64,000 nt of DNA, from assembly GCA_951406725.2 (NCBI GenBank), contig OX597833.1, positions 42,160,001 through 42,224,000 on the forward strand, written 5' to 3'. The notes beneath the pieces were generated by a model. That model made no database searches and was not told the DNA's origin. It worked only from the letters and a program-made list of their open reading frames with translations. Positions 26,055-39,457 of the stretch are shown here, piece after piece. This DNA comes from Octopus vulgaris (Eukaryota). Within the stretch, counting starts at the first letter, position 1; each line of letters starts with the position of its first letter. Position numbers and translations under genes: made by a program.

Positions 26055-26361
26055 TGTCTGACCTGTGCTGGCGACACGTAAAAAGCACTGTCCGAATGTG
26101 GCAGATGCCAGCGCCGCCTGACTGGCATCCATGTCGTAAAAGCACCAACCGATCGTGGCTGTTTGCCAGACTCCTCTGGCCCCAGTAAAAAATCACCCAC
26201 TACACTCACGGAGTGGTTGGCATTAGGAAGGGTATCCAGCTGTAGAAACACTGCCAAACCAGACTGGAGTCTGGTGCAGCCACCATGGCTTACCAGCCCC
26301 CGGTCAAACTGTCCAACCCATGCTAGCATGGAAAACAGACGTTAAATGATGATGATGATGA
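26055..26361 (+). mobile_element. RTE 3' UTR fragment
   Basis: GGAAGGGTATCCAGCTGTAGAAAC ... (GAT)n. Confidence 0.75.
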
Positions 26362-26648
26362 TACGGGGAAACCAAGCTTCTTACCACACAGCCACGCCAG
26401 TGCCTATATATATATATATATATACATATATATACGTGTACACACATGTATACAGGTGTATGAGTGTATATATATGTGTGTATATGAGCAAAATGTCTGT
26501 AAATGCAAGTAGGTTCCTCTCCTCATTTCCTCAACTAATCTTCCTTTCACTCCCTCATTATCCTTCTCTAATCTCTCCTTCAGCAGCAATAACATATGTG
26601 TAATACTTATGTTATATATGCGTGACATAGATGTCTGATATACATATA

Positions 26649-27095
26649 GGCACAGGAGTGGCCATGTGTAAGTAGCTTGCTTACCAGCCACATGGTTCCG
26701 GGTTCAGTCCCACTGCGTGACACTTCAGGCAAGTGACTTCTACTACAGCCTCGGGCCAACCAAAGCCTTGGATTTGGCAGACGGAAAATGAAAGAAGCCT
26801 TTTGTAAGTAGCTTGTTTACCAACCACATGGTTCCAGGTTCAGTCCCACTGCGTGGCAACTTGGGCAAGTGTCTTCTACTATAGCCTCGGGCTGACTAAA
26901 GCCTTGTGAATGGATTTGGTAGAGGGAAACTGAAAGAAGCCCGTCGTATATATGTGTGTGTCTTGGTTTGGCAAAAGAGCCCTAGAGAAGTAATTGGCTT
27001 CAAAAAATAGGTTCTAGTGTCAATCTCTTCAACTGAAACCTTTCTAGGCACTGTCTCAGCATGGTCACAGTCAAATGACTGAAACAAGTAAAAAG
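26649..27095 (+). mobile_element. SINE family A with duplicated head
   Basis: Two successive GTAAGTAGCTTG..GGTTCAGTCCCACTGCG heads (26668, 26804), then a deleted 3' part. Confidence 0.75.
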
Positions 27096-28185
27096 TAAAA
27101 GATAATACAAATGTATGATATGTATTATACATGTATGCATATACTTTATGAATTTGCTTTGGCATGATGATACTAATAACCAGTTAGAACTCACTACAGT
27201 TGCACTGTAGAAGTAAAGGAAGTCCTTTAAATGGCTTTTAGGAAGCTATGATAACTGCATGCTAATGAAAGTGATTATGTATCTCTTGTTTTTTTGCTAT
27301 GCATTAACACACACATGCACACACATTCAAGAGAACCATCCGAACGTGGCTGTTGCCAGCGCTGCCCCGACTGGCCTCCGTGCCGGTGGCATGTAAAAAG
27401 CACCATCCGATTGTGGCCGTTTGCCAGCCTCGACTGGCACCTGTGCAGGTGGCACGTAAAAAGCACCCACTACACTCACGGAGTGCTTGGCGTTAGGAAG
27501 GGCATCCAGCTGTAGAAACACTGCCAGATCAGACTGGGCCTGGCGCAGCCTTCTGGTTTCCCAGACCCCAGTTGAACCGTCCAACCCATGCTAGCATGGA
27601 AAGTGGACGCTAAATGATGATGATGATGTCTCGGCATGGCCACAGTCAAATGACTGAAACAAATAAAAAATAAAAGATAATACAAATGTATGATATGTAT
27701 TATACATGTATGCATATACTTTATGAATTTGCTTAGGCATGATGATACTAATAACCAGTTAGAACTCACTACAGTTGCACTGTAGAAGTAAAGGAAGTCC
27801 TTTAAATGGCTTTGAGGAAGCTATGATAACTGCATGCTAATGAAAGTGATTATGTATCTCTTGTTTTTTTGCTATGCATTAACACACACATTCAAGAGAA
27901 CCATCCGAACGTGGCTGTTGCCAGCGCTGCCCCGACTGGCCTCCGTGCCAGTGGCACGTAAAAAGCACCATCCGATTGTGGCCGTTTGCCAGCCTCGACT
28001 GGCACCTGTGCAGGTGGCACGTAAAAAGCACCCACTACACTCACGGAGTGCTTGGTGTTAGGAAGGGCATCCAGCTGTAGAAACACTGGCCAGATCAGAC
28101 TGGGCCTGGCGCAGCCTTCTGGTTTCCCAGACCCCAGTTGAACCGTCCAACCCATGCTAGCATGGAAAACGGATGATGATGATGA
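27052..28185. repeat. Direct tandem duplication, period ~575 bp
   Basis: 27052-27626 and 27627-28185 share a SINE tail, a unique spacer and an RTE UTR. Confidence 0.92.
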
Positions 28186-28213
28186 CATGTATATTTGTAT
28201 ATTTATGTATATA

Positions 28214-28409
28214 TGAGGTGGTGCTGAAAAGTTCTTGGCTTTGGGTAAAAGAAAATACAAGAGGATCAGTTATGATTTTATTCAACATACCCTCTCTCAG
28301 ATTTACACACTTATTGTAGAGGTCCTTGTAAAGGAACTCAGAAGATTGGGCCTTCAACCTGGCTATTCCTGATACCCTTAAAGCCAGGAACTTTTCAGGA
28401 CCCAGTTAT
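28214..28409. mobile_element. Mariner-type MITE
   Basis: GAGGTGGTGCTGAAAAGTTCTTGGCTTT ... AAAGCCAGGAACTTTTCAGGACCC inverted ends. Confidence 0.7.
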
Positions 28410-28842
28410 ATGTGTGTGAGTGTGTATGCATCCATATATAAAGAGATGCTGTATAAAACAACAAAGGAATATTTGTACACAGTCATTAAGAGCCTCATTA
28501 ATTATAGACTGTTAATGTCGAACATATTATAATATTGCAGTAAATCCGGGCAGAAAAAGCATTCCTCAATATACATAATCATTTAAAACGATCCTTAAAG
28601 AGCAATGTATATTTAAAATTAAAATTAAAAGCAGAAAAGCATAAATTTCACAGACAGATCACAAATTCATTACTTTCAGCAGCTGCTTCATTAGGAATAA
28701 ACAACCATTAATTCTATAATTACATAATTAAGATACATAATTAATTAATATTAAATAATTTAAAGCAATGTTTATCCCAAATTATCTCTAATATTATATA
28801 AGGCTGTGCTAGCTATAAACTATATAAGTGAGCTTAAGAGAA

Positions 28843-31800
28843 ACATATATAGGTCAGACGGGACGCCGGTTGTCCGACCGTTTCACTGAACACTTGAGGG
28901 ACGTTCGCCTACACTCTTTTTCTCCCGTCGCACGCCACTTCCGCTCGGCCGGCCATTCCCGAGATGACATCTCAGTGTTTGGTCTCGCCCCCCACAATGG
29001 TCGCCCACTTTCCAGGCTCCACTTGGAGCAACGCTACATCTTCACCCTACAAACTACCACCCCACACGGACTTAACACAGCCCCCTCCTCTTGAGACCGT
29101 TTTTTTTTTTTTTTTTTTTTTTTTTCCGGACACACCACCCACACACACCCACCCACCTACCTCCCACCCACCTACCTACCTCCCACACGCCTGTTCACAC
29201 ACACACATACGTAGACCCATCTACGTACATACATTCACACATTTAATCACACACACTTACAGACACACATGCACATACACACACACATACATACACACAC
29301 GCATACATACTTACACACACACACACACACAGACATACATACACACATACACACACACATACATACGCACATACATACACACACACTCACACACACACAC
29401 CGCACGTACATACCTCACACACACACACATGCACACATACATGTAGGCACATACATACATACATACCCACACATGCACACCCGTACACTGAATGCACACA
29501 CACATACACCTTTTTGCATCCAGGCAGCCCCCCCCCTCTTTTCTGCTTTCCGGTTTTGGCTGATGGATCCTCGGTTCCCGCGTAGCGGGGCGTTCGAGGG
29601 CCTTTGCGCTCGCGCGCCTTGGCGCGCGCTGGGGGCTCGGTCGGCCCCTTTGGGCTTGCGTTGCACTGCTTGTGCGTTGTGTGCGTGAGCGCGCTTCGTG
29701 TGTGTGGGCTTGCTTCGGATGTGCGCTTGCGTATGTTTGCATACATACCCACACACTCGCATGCATCCCTACCCACATACATACACGCACACCTACTCAC
29801 ACACACACATACACACACACACATACCCGCACACACACACACATACATACATACACACACATACCCACTTCAGACATACACACACACAGACATACACCCA
29901 TACACCCACACTCACACGCATACACACACACACATACACACGCACACGTACACATACACACACACACACACCCACATACATACATTACACTTGTATACGC
30001 ACACACTTACATTCATACACACACACACCTACACAGCCATACCCTCACTCAGACACACACATCTACCTACACACACACAAACACACACTGACACACACCC
30101 ATACATAGATACATCTACACACTCACGCCTACACACATACATACACACATACATAAACACACACACATACACATACACACACATACGCACACACGCATAT
30201 ACTTATACACATGCACACACACACACATACATACACCCATATACATACACACACACATACCTACATACTCCTATACGCACATACATACACACAGACATAC
30301 ACACATACACACTCACACAAACATACACACACACATACTTACACACACACTCACCTGCACGCGCACACACATGCATGACAAACACTCATACACTCACACT
30401 CACATACGCACACACCAACATAAACACGCACACGCACACACACACCTACACTCCCACACACATACACACGCACCTACATACACACACGCACGCATACACA
30501 CGCATACACACATACATTACACACGTACACACACACCTACATACACATGCACACACACACACACACAAACATGCACGGACACACCCAGACATACATACAT
30601 ACACCTATATACACACGCCTACACACCTACATACACACACATATACACACGCCCACACAGCTACATACACACACATACATACACACATACACGGACACAC
30701 CCATACATACTTACATACATACACCTATACACACACGCCTACACACCTACACACACACATGCACACACACACACATGTACGCACATACACACACATATAC
30801 GCACACACATATATACCCACACACATGCACACACACACACATACGCACATACATGCACGCATGCACACGCGCACACCTACACGCATACACACACACACAC
30901 GCACGTACACATACATACATACACACACGCATACATACACCCATACACATACATGCATCCTACACACACATACATACACACTCACACATACATACACACA
31001 CACGCACTCACTCACACACCTGTATGTTCGCGCACACACATGCACATACACACACTTCCCCACACCCACACGTACATACATACACACTCATACACACATA
31101 CACACACACACACACACACGCACATACATCTATGCACACACATATATACACACATACTCACATACATTCATCGGACACACTGCCACCCAGACATACACAC
31201 AGACACACTCACACATCCACACGCACACATACGTACGCGCACACTCGCAGGCTCGCGCACACACGCGTTTGCGCCGGTTCGCGCACGCATGCGCCCGCAT
31301 GCACCTCGCCCTTGGACCCGACGAGACCTCCCGCCCGTTCCTGGGATGTCGCTTGTCGTTGGGTTTTCCCACGCCCGTCTCCGCGGGACCACTCTTCCAT
31401 CTTCCCCTCCGCTGGAGTCCTTTTCCTAACCCCCCCCCCCCTTTTTTTCGTTACACACACGCGCACACATATACACACATTGCTTAAACATATACATCAC
31501 TCTTACACACTTTCAATCTACTCGCCACTAATACTACCACGACACTGGACACACACACACACTACTACTCAACACACGCTGGCACGCTACATACGCCCCC
31601 ACCCCTTCCCCTCGCTCCCTTCCTCCTTCCTCCCTTTTCTCACTACTGACCTTTGTCTGCTATGCTGCTGCTATCCTGACCACCGTCTCGCCCTACCTCA
31701 CACGCCTACACACAGACGCACACACTAACACATACATATATTTTTTGTTTTTTTACCTCGCCTCACACACACACATACACACACGCACACGCACACACTC

Positions 31801-32115
31801 ACACATACACACACATCTGTTGCGTTACCAACCTTGTCTCCACTCTTTTGCCTTTAAAAACCCACTTTGCTCTTGTTATCGTAAACATCCGCCTTTCACC
31901 ATGTGCTACTCCTAACACCAGCCGTTTTTTTCTCTATCTCCGTTGCCCGCTCCGGGATCTTTCTTTCCTCTCTCTTCCTTCTTTATGTTTCCGACGAAGA
32001 GCTCCGCTCGAAACGTCATACCTCCCTGCTTCCATTTCCTGAGCGCCTATTAATAATAATACTGTAATTGTTCCCTTGTTGTTGTTTTTTTGTTTCCCGT
32101 TTGGATTAAAATTAT
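28843..32115 (+). mobile_element. 5'-truncated Penelope-like element: GIY-YIG C-terminus, ~2.7 kb C/A-rich tract, terminal repeat with hammerhead-like motif
   Basis: YIGQTGRRLSDRFTEHL..SPVARHF..GH..RLHLEQRYIFTLQT..PHGLN* (stop at 29094). Motif GTTT-CCGACGAA-GAGC-TCC-GCTC-GAAA-CG-TC at 31987-32017. Ends in (TA)n. That it is one continuous element is inferred. Confidence 0.75.
29126..31815 (+). repeat. Degenerate (CA)/(CATA)/(CACG) low-complexity tract, strongly strand-biased, with two GC-rich islands
   Basis: Directly visible. G is rare on + except at 29520-29735 and 31235-31440. Confidence 0.95.
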
Positions 32116-33877
32116 ATATATGTATGTATGTATACATTTGTGTGTCTAATATACATACACACACCTATGCAAAACATATGCACATGTACAAATACAGATG
32201 TATATGTGTAGACATACTTAAATGAACACAGCAGACATACAAGTATACCCATGCAAAGAAGGCATACATGTCACCATCATCATCATCATCATTTAAAATC
32301 TGTTGTCCATGCAAGCATGGGTTGGACAATTTGACCAGGTCTGGCAAGCTGGGAGGCTGTACCAGATTCCAACTGGATTTGGCATGGGCTCTACGGTTGG
32401 ATGTCCTTCCTAATGCCAACCACCCTGAGAGTGTAATGGGTGCTTTTATGTGCCACCAGCAAAGGTGCCATTTGCATGACACTAGTATCTGCCATGACTG
32501 ATTTTACTTAGCTTGATGGCTCTTCTTAAGCACGACATAATACACATATATGTATGTGTATTTATATATATGTATATATATGTAGATGTGTGTGTATATA
32601 TATATATGTAATATATGTATTTATATATAATATATATATATGCATATGTATTTATATATATATGTATGTATCATGAAGACAAAAGGGAAAAAAATAGCTG
32701 AAAGATTAGAAATTCTCATTGAAATACTTTTACTGAATATAATGGATCTAGAATGATTGTTTTTTTTATTTATATAGTATAGAGTCTCACTAGGTTTACA
32801 ATATGGATAATAAAGACTAAAATTTAAGGGTCACATCAAAAAAATTTGTAATTTTAGTATCTTCCTCCAAGGTAATGGATAAATTATGACTTTTAAAAAA
32901 TATATGTAAGGATTTCCTGAGTTTTACTAATTGAGATAGACGATAGGATACTGAAGATAGAATCCTCATGATATTGACTATTCTCAAGGTTTGGAAAATT
33001 TCTATGATTCAAATAATATAAGTAATTGAACTCAATCAGTTATCTGAGCTTTGCTAAATGATCCTTTAGTTATGTCAATATTATTGCACCTAGAAGGCAG
33101 CAAGCTGTCAGAATCGTTAGCATACTGGGAAGAATGCTTAGGATATTTTGTCTATCTTTATGCTCTGAGTTCAAATTCTACTGAAGTCAACTTCGTCTTT
33201 CATCTTTTTGGGATTGATAAAATAAATACCAGTTGAAAACTGGTAATTGACATATCCTCTCCGTTGAACTTGATGGCCTTGTGCCAAAACTTGAAATCAA
33301 TATCATTACATCATCATTGTTTAACGTCCGCTTTCCATGCTGGCATGAGTTGGACGATTTGACTGAGGCCTGGTGAACCAGATGGCTGCACCAGGCTCCA
33401 ATTTGATCTGGCAGAGTTTCTACAGCTGGATGCCCTTCCTAATGCCAACCACTCCGAGAGTGTAGTGGGTGCTTTTACATGCCACCGGCACGAGGGCCAG
33501 TAAGGCAGTACTGGTAACGGCCATGCTCAAATGGTGTTTTTTACATGCCACCTGCACAAGAGCCAGTCCAGTGGCACTGGCAACGACCTCTCTTGAGTAT
33601 TTTTTCATGTGCCACCGGCACGTATATGTATAGAAATGATATATATATATATATATAGAAATGATATATATATGTGTGTGTGTGTGTATAGAAATGATAT
33701 ATATATATGTATATAAATGATATATATGTATATAAATTATATATATATATAGAAATTATATATATATATATATGTATATAAATGATATATCTGTATCTAT
33801 ATAAATGATATATGTATATAAATGATATATATGTATATGTATATATAAAATATATGTATATGAATATAAATTATATA

Positions 33878-34248
33878 TCTCTCTCTATATAAACGGCAGT
33901 TTGTCTGTGTGTATTTCTGTGTGTCTGTTAGGTTGTACCCTCACCCTGACCACGGCTTTCAACCGATTCTGATGAAACTTGACACACACATAGCCCAATG
34001 TCATAATTCAAAACTAACGCAGCGAAAATTTTGAAAAGTTACCCCAGTTCTGAAAAAAATCGATAAATTCGACATGGGGTCGAGAATTAGAAACACAAAC
34101 CACAGACTATCTAGGGGACGCAACTCGACCTTTTTAACTAAAAAAAAAATTTACCATAATTTTTTTTCCATTTTTTGGCTATAACTCTCTAAAAATGCTT
34201 TATAGTTATTTCCCTTACAAACCCGAGCAACGCCGGGCGATACTGCTA

Positions 34249-34249
<1 letters not shown>
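33878..34249 (+). mobile_element. Non-autonomous Helitron
   Basis: 5' TC, 3' CTAG, subterminal hairpin CCCGAGCAACGCCGGG, inserted between A and T in (TA)n. Confidence 0.85.
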
Positions 34250-34288
<39 letters not shown>

Positions 34289-35051
34289 CATATATGTAAG
34301 TATATATTTAAATCAGTATATAAATGAATATATATATGTATGTCAATACGCTCATTGAACCCTGTCCCTGCTCCTAATTTATCCCCATAATGCTTTTTTT
34401 CACCTCTCATCTTCCTAACACCTGTCCCTCCATCACTCTTCTAACAATGGCACTATTCAGCAGCTGCAATCATATTGGAGAAGAATCAGCACATATTTCT
34501 TGCTTTGTGTTGCTAGTTACCTCCCCCTCTTGCTGGAACTACTTCCTTTAAGATCCATTCGTAGTTCTCTATATCATCCTTTCCCATTTTATTTTCCATT
34601 GCTCACTCCTTTCTTTACTTCTAAATATGTCTCCCTCTCCTGTGAGCTATATCTTAAGACTGTCATACCTCATCTTTATCACCTCCTATCACTTGCAACA
34701 CCTCTCATATCTTGCATCAAAGTCCCCACCATCACCTTTGTCTCACTATAGCCACTATTATGTACCTCTGACTTCGATCTCTGTCTTTATAGATCTCTCT
34801 TTCTCTTTCTTTACTCTCACACCACACATCATCTCCCTACTTTTGATTTATCTAGGCTTTCTCTATTTTTTAAAATCTATCTGTGGTTTATGATACTATT
34901 GTTCACCACCATTTATAACAACTCTTTTGTAAGCTATTTCTTTTACCTGCCGGCTTTGTTCATTCTCTACATCAACCTCTCCCTTCATCTCTAGCCATCT
35001 GTCACTCTCTTCTCACACTTCTATGAACTTATCTACCCACACCTCCCCATA

Positions 35052-35239
35052 GAGGAGACAGACAAAGGGATTAAGTCGATTACATTGACCCCAGTGTGTA
35101 ACTGGTACTTTATTTATCGACCCCGAAAGGATGAAAGGCAAAGTCGACCTCGGCAGAATTTGAACTCAGAACGTAACGACAGACGAAATACCGCTAAGCA
35201 TTTCGCCCGGCGCACTAACGTTTCTGCCAGCTCACCGCC
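35052..35239 (-). mobile_element. tRNA-type SINE family B
   Basis: GGCGGTGAGCTGGCAGAAACGTTAG..GAGTTCAAATTC..GTCGACTTTGCCTTTCATCCTTTCGGGGTCGATAAA; the central block resembles that of Meta-type SINEs. Confidence 0.85.
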
Positions 35240-36013
35240 TTTATATATATATATATATATACACACGTATATATATATGTGTGTGTGTGTGTGTATGTGT
35301 AAATATGTATATGTATGATATGTGTGTGTGTGTATACATATGTATTTTAAAGCCCTATCTATCGATGGTGAACAAAAGAGCCTTAGAAAGTAGAAGACCG
35401 AAGTGTGAAAGTTGAAATTGCTTTTCTTCCCCAATATTTAAATAAAGGAATGAATATATTTATATGGAGACATATGATAAATGAGACATAATTTATGTCT
35501 ATCCATGGTAACAGGTTTTGCGATACTATTTCATAATATGTCATAGTTTGTTTGGAAACAAAATGAAAATGGAAACATCCCCACTTCTATGAAAACTATA
35601 ATACGTCTGATTCTGTGGTTTGGATGTTTGTTTTACACCCACATTCTAGATATTGGTTCATTCGTTTTGCATAGTGCCAGCTCCTTGACTTGACCAGTCC
35701 TTTGGGTTAAGGCTTTGTTGCTGAAAACTGCGAATGCCTCTTTACATATTTGTGTGTGTATATTAATAAATATATATAAATGGGTGTGTCATAACCATCA
35801 TCATCCTCATCATCATATGTCCATTTTCCATGCTGATATGGGTTGGATGGTTTAACGGGTTGGTTAGGCAGAAGACTGCACCAAGCCAATGGTGATTTTA
35901 TTGAATAAATTTATTCTTTAGTATTTCAAGATATTTTTATGTAATTTTGGTAACTATATATATGTGTATATGTATATCTATGTATATATATGTTTATTGG
36001 AGTCTACTGCAGC

Positions 36014-36201
36014 CATTTGGTTTGTTACAAGGCGCAGGAGTGGCTGTGTGGTAAGTAGCTTGTTTACCAACCACATGGTTCCGGGTTTAGTCCCACTGCG
36101 TGGCACCTTGGGCAAGTGTCTTCTACTATAGCCTTGGGCCGACCAAAGCTTTGTGAGTGGATTTGGTAGACGGAAACTGAAAGAAGCCTGTCGTATATAT
36201 G

Positions 36202-36232
<31 letters not shown>

Positions 36233-36497
36233 TTGTTCCCCTAGCATTGCTTGACAACTGATGCTGGTGTGTTTATGTCCCCGTCACTTAGCGGTTCGGC
36301 AAAAGAGACCGATAGAATAAGTACTGGGCTTACAATGAATAAGTCCTAGGGTTGAGTTTCTCGATTAAAGGCGGTGCTCCAGCATAGCCGCAGTCAAATG
36401 ACTGAAACAAGTAAAAGAGTATATCTATTAAAATGAGATGTCAGTGTTATTTTCATTTTTACGTAATTCAGACAGACGACAGTTTATTCACCGCACC

Positions 36498-36568
<71 letters not shown>

Positions 36569-37557
36569 CATTTATATATGTTTATGAATTTCTGTGTACA
36601 TATTCATATATTTATTTATTTATTTATTAATATATAGCTATACATTTATATATATGTTTATAACTTTTTGTGTATATTGGTGCATGTTTGTATATGTGAT
36701 TGTATGTATGTATGTTTGTACTGTCTTGGAGAACTGCAGTGGCTGTGGGCACAGTTCCTTTCAGCAGGTAAAAATCACGCCAAGAAAAGATTACACACAC
36801 ACACACTGTATATAATACAATCATTTTCATTTATACCTGTAGGCACAGGTGTGGCTGTGTGGGAAGAAGTTTGTTTCCTGACCACATGGTCCTTGGTTCA
36901 GTCCCACTGTGTAACACCTTCGGCAAGTGTCTTCATCTATATCTTTGGGCTGACCAAAGTCTTGTGAGTAGATTCGGTAAAAGGAAACTGAAAGAAGCCT
37001 TTCATATGTATATGTGTGTGTATATATATATATCACGTGATCACGTGACCGACCAGACCATCAGATGTTGTTACACATCGCTGGTCACAATGCGTTCGCA
37101 TTTGGTTTGTTACAAAGCGCAGGAGTGGCTGTGTGGTAAGTAGCTTGTTTACCAACCACATGGTTCCGGGTTCAGTCCCACTGCGTGGCACCGTGGGCCG
37201 ACCAAAGCCTTGTCAGTGGATTTGGTAGACGGAAACTGAAAGAAGCCCGTCGTATATATGTATATATATGAGTGTGTGTGTGTCTGTGTTTATCCCCCTA
37301 GCATTGCTTGACAACTGATGCTGGTGTGTTTATGTCCCCGTCACTTAGCGGTTCGGCAAAAGAGACCGATAGAATAAGTACTGGGCTTACAATGAATAAG
37401 TCCTAGGGTTGAGTTTCTCGATTAAAGGCGGTGCTCCAGCATAGCCGCAGTCAAATGACTGAAACACGTAAAAGAGTATATCTATTAAAATGAGATGTCA
37501 GTGTTATTTTCATTTTTACGTAATTCAGACAGACGACAGTTTATTCACCGCACCCTG

Positions 37558-37597
<40 letters not shown>

Positions 37598-38131
37598 CAT
37601 TTATATATGTTTATGAATTTCTGTGTACATATTCATATATTTATTTATTTATTTATTAATATATAGCTATACATTTATATATATGTTTATAACTTTTTGT
37701 GTATATTGGTGCATGTTTGTATATGTGATTGTATGTATGTATGTTTGTACTGTCTTGGAGAACTGCAGTGGCTGTGGGCACAGTTCCTTTCAGCAGGTAA
37801 AAATCACGTCAAGAAAAGATTACACACACACACACTGTATATAATACAATCATTTTCATTTATACCTGTAGGCACAGGTGTGGCTGTGTGGGAAGAAGTT
37901 TGTTTCCTGACCACATGGTCCTTGGTTCAGTCCCACTGTGTAACACCTTCGGCAAGTGTCTTCATCTATATCTTTGGGCTGACCAAAGTCTTGTGAGTAG
38001 ATTCGGTAAAAGGAAACTGAAAGAAGCCTTTCATATGTATATGTGTGTGTATATATATATATCACGTGATCACGTGACCGACCAGACCATCAGATGTTGT
38101 TACACATCGCTGGTCACAATGCGTTCGCATT
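36014..38131. repeat. Direct tandem duplication (~1085 bp and ~1030 bp units) containing SINE A copies (36031-36420, 37117-37477)
   Basis: Near-identical ORF pairs 36594/37623 and 36668/37697. Junction on CATT at 37099-37102. Confidence 0.93.
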
Positions 38132-38367
38132 GTTTTAGCCTTTGAATGACGCCACCCCGCTGGCTAAGTGAGCAGGCCAACAGAAGAAAGAGTCGGAGAA
38201 AGAGTGGTGAAAGTGTACAGCAGGGATCACACCCCCCCTGCCGGAGCCTCGTGGAGCTTTTAGGTGTTTTTGCTCAATAAACACTCACAACGCCTGGCCT
38301 GGGAATCGAAACCGTGATCCTACGACTGCAAGTCCGCTGCCCTAACCACTGGGCCATTGTGCCTCCA
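38063..38367 (-). mobile_element. tRNA-derived SINE family C
   Basis: Homologous to 11974-12279. Confidence 0.88.
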
Positions 38368-38739
38368 CACACACACACACATACATACATACGTACGTAC
38401 GTACGTACGTACGTATGTATGTATGTATGTATGTATGTATGTATATATGTATGACGGCCTTCGTTCAGTTTCTGTCTACAAAGCAGTGGTGCTTTTCATT
38501 TCCAATATTCTGTGAGAACATGTCTGACCAAGGGGAAATATTACTATTCTTGGAAACAGGTCGTGGCTGGCAATAGGGAGGGTGTGCAGCTTTAGAAAAA
38601 TCTGCCTCAGTAAACTCCACCCAACCCATGGAAGTATGGAATGTGGATGTTACAATGATGATGATGGTGAGGATAATCTGCTTTTCCATACTGGCATTAG
38701 TTGGCCATGTTGACATAGTTTTAGTTGGTTCTTATTTGG

Positions 38740-39394
38740 GGTTACTGTCCTCTAAGATCTATCAGAAGCCCATGTCTTGTATTCCTTTCTGTTTTACAGT
38801 ATATGAGTGTATTTTATCAAGGCAGTAGCCCCCCAAAAATTACCATGTCCCCAATAGCAGTAAATATTCTTCACTCTTTACAAAGTATACTGGGCAATTT
38901 ATTGTGGCACTAGTATTAAAGATGTTGCATTCACCCTCGCAAGACTTGAGTCTTTTCACCCTTACATTGTCTCCATTTATTCTTCTATCAATAGCATTGG
39001 ATTTTATACACAAACATCATACAGTCTCAGAAAGAGAAACCTTTTGCTGCCTGGATAGATAATTGCTCTTTAACTGTTTCCCAAACTGTTCTTGCTATGC
39101 TGATTTGATGAACAACTCTAGGTGAGCTTTTCAAGCATTGGAAGGAATTTTGTTCAAGTGTATTCTTACTCTTTACTCTTTTACTCTTTTACTTGTTTCA
39201 GTCATTTGACTGCGGCCATGCTGGAGCACCGCCTTTAATCGAGCAACTCGACCCCGGGACTTATTCTTTTGTAAGCCCAGTACTTATTCTATCTGTCTCT
39301 TTTGCCGAACCGTTAAGTAATGGGGACATAAACACACCAGCATTGGTTGTCAAGCAATGCTAGGGGGACAAACACAGACACACAAACACACACA

Positions 39395-39457
<63 letters not shown>

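Noticed and set aside
29604-31487. 627-aa His/Thr-rich ORF (and overlapping 352- and 393-aa ORFs)
   Set aside because: C/A repeats rarely form stop codons, so all three frames stay open. No domain is recognisable and the start is non-ATG; a compositional artefact.
33969-33978. CTGATGAAAC in the Helitron
   Set aside because: The core strands overlap with no stems; it is part of the Helitron internal sequence.
34350-35050. Long pyrimidine-rich stretch with hydrophobic ORFs
   Set aside because: No motif, splice pattern or TE hallmark recognised; the ORFs reflect C/T bias.
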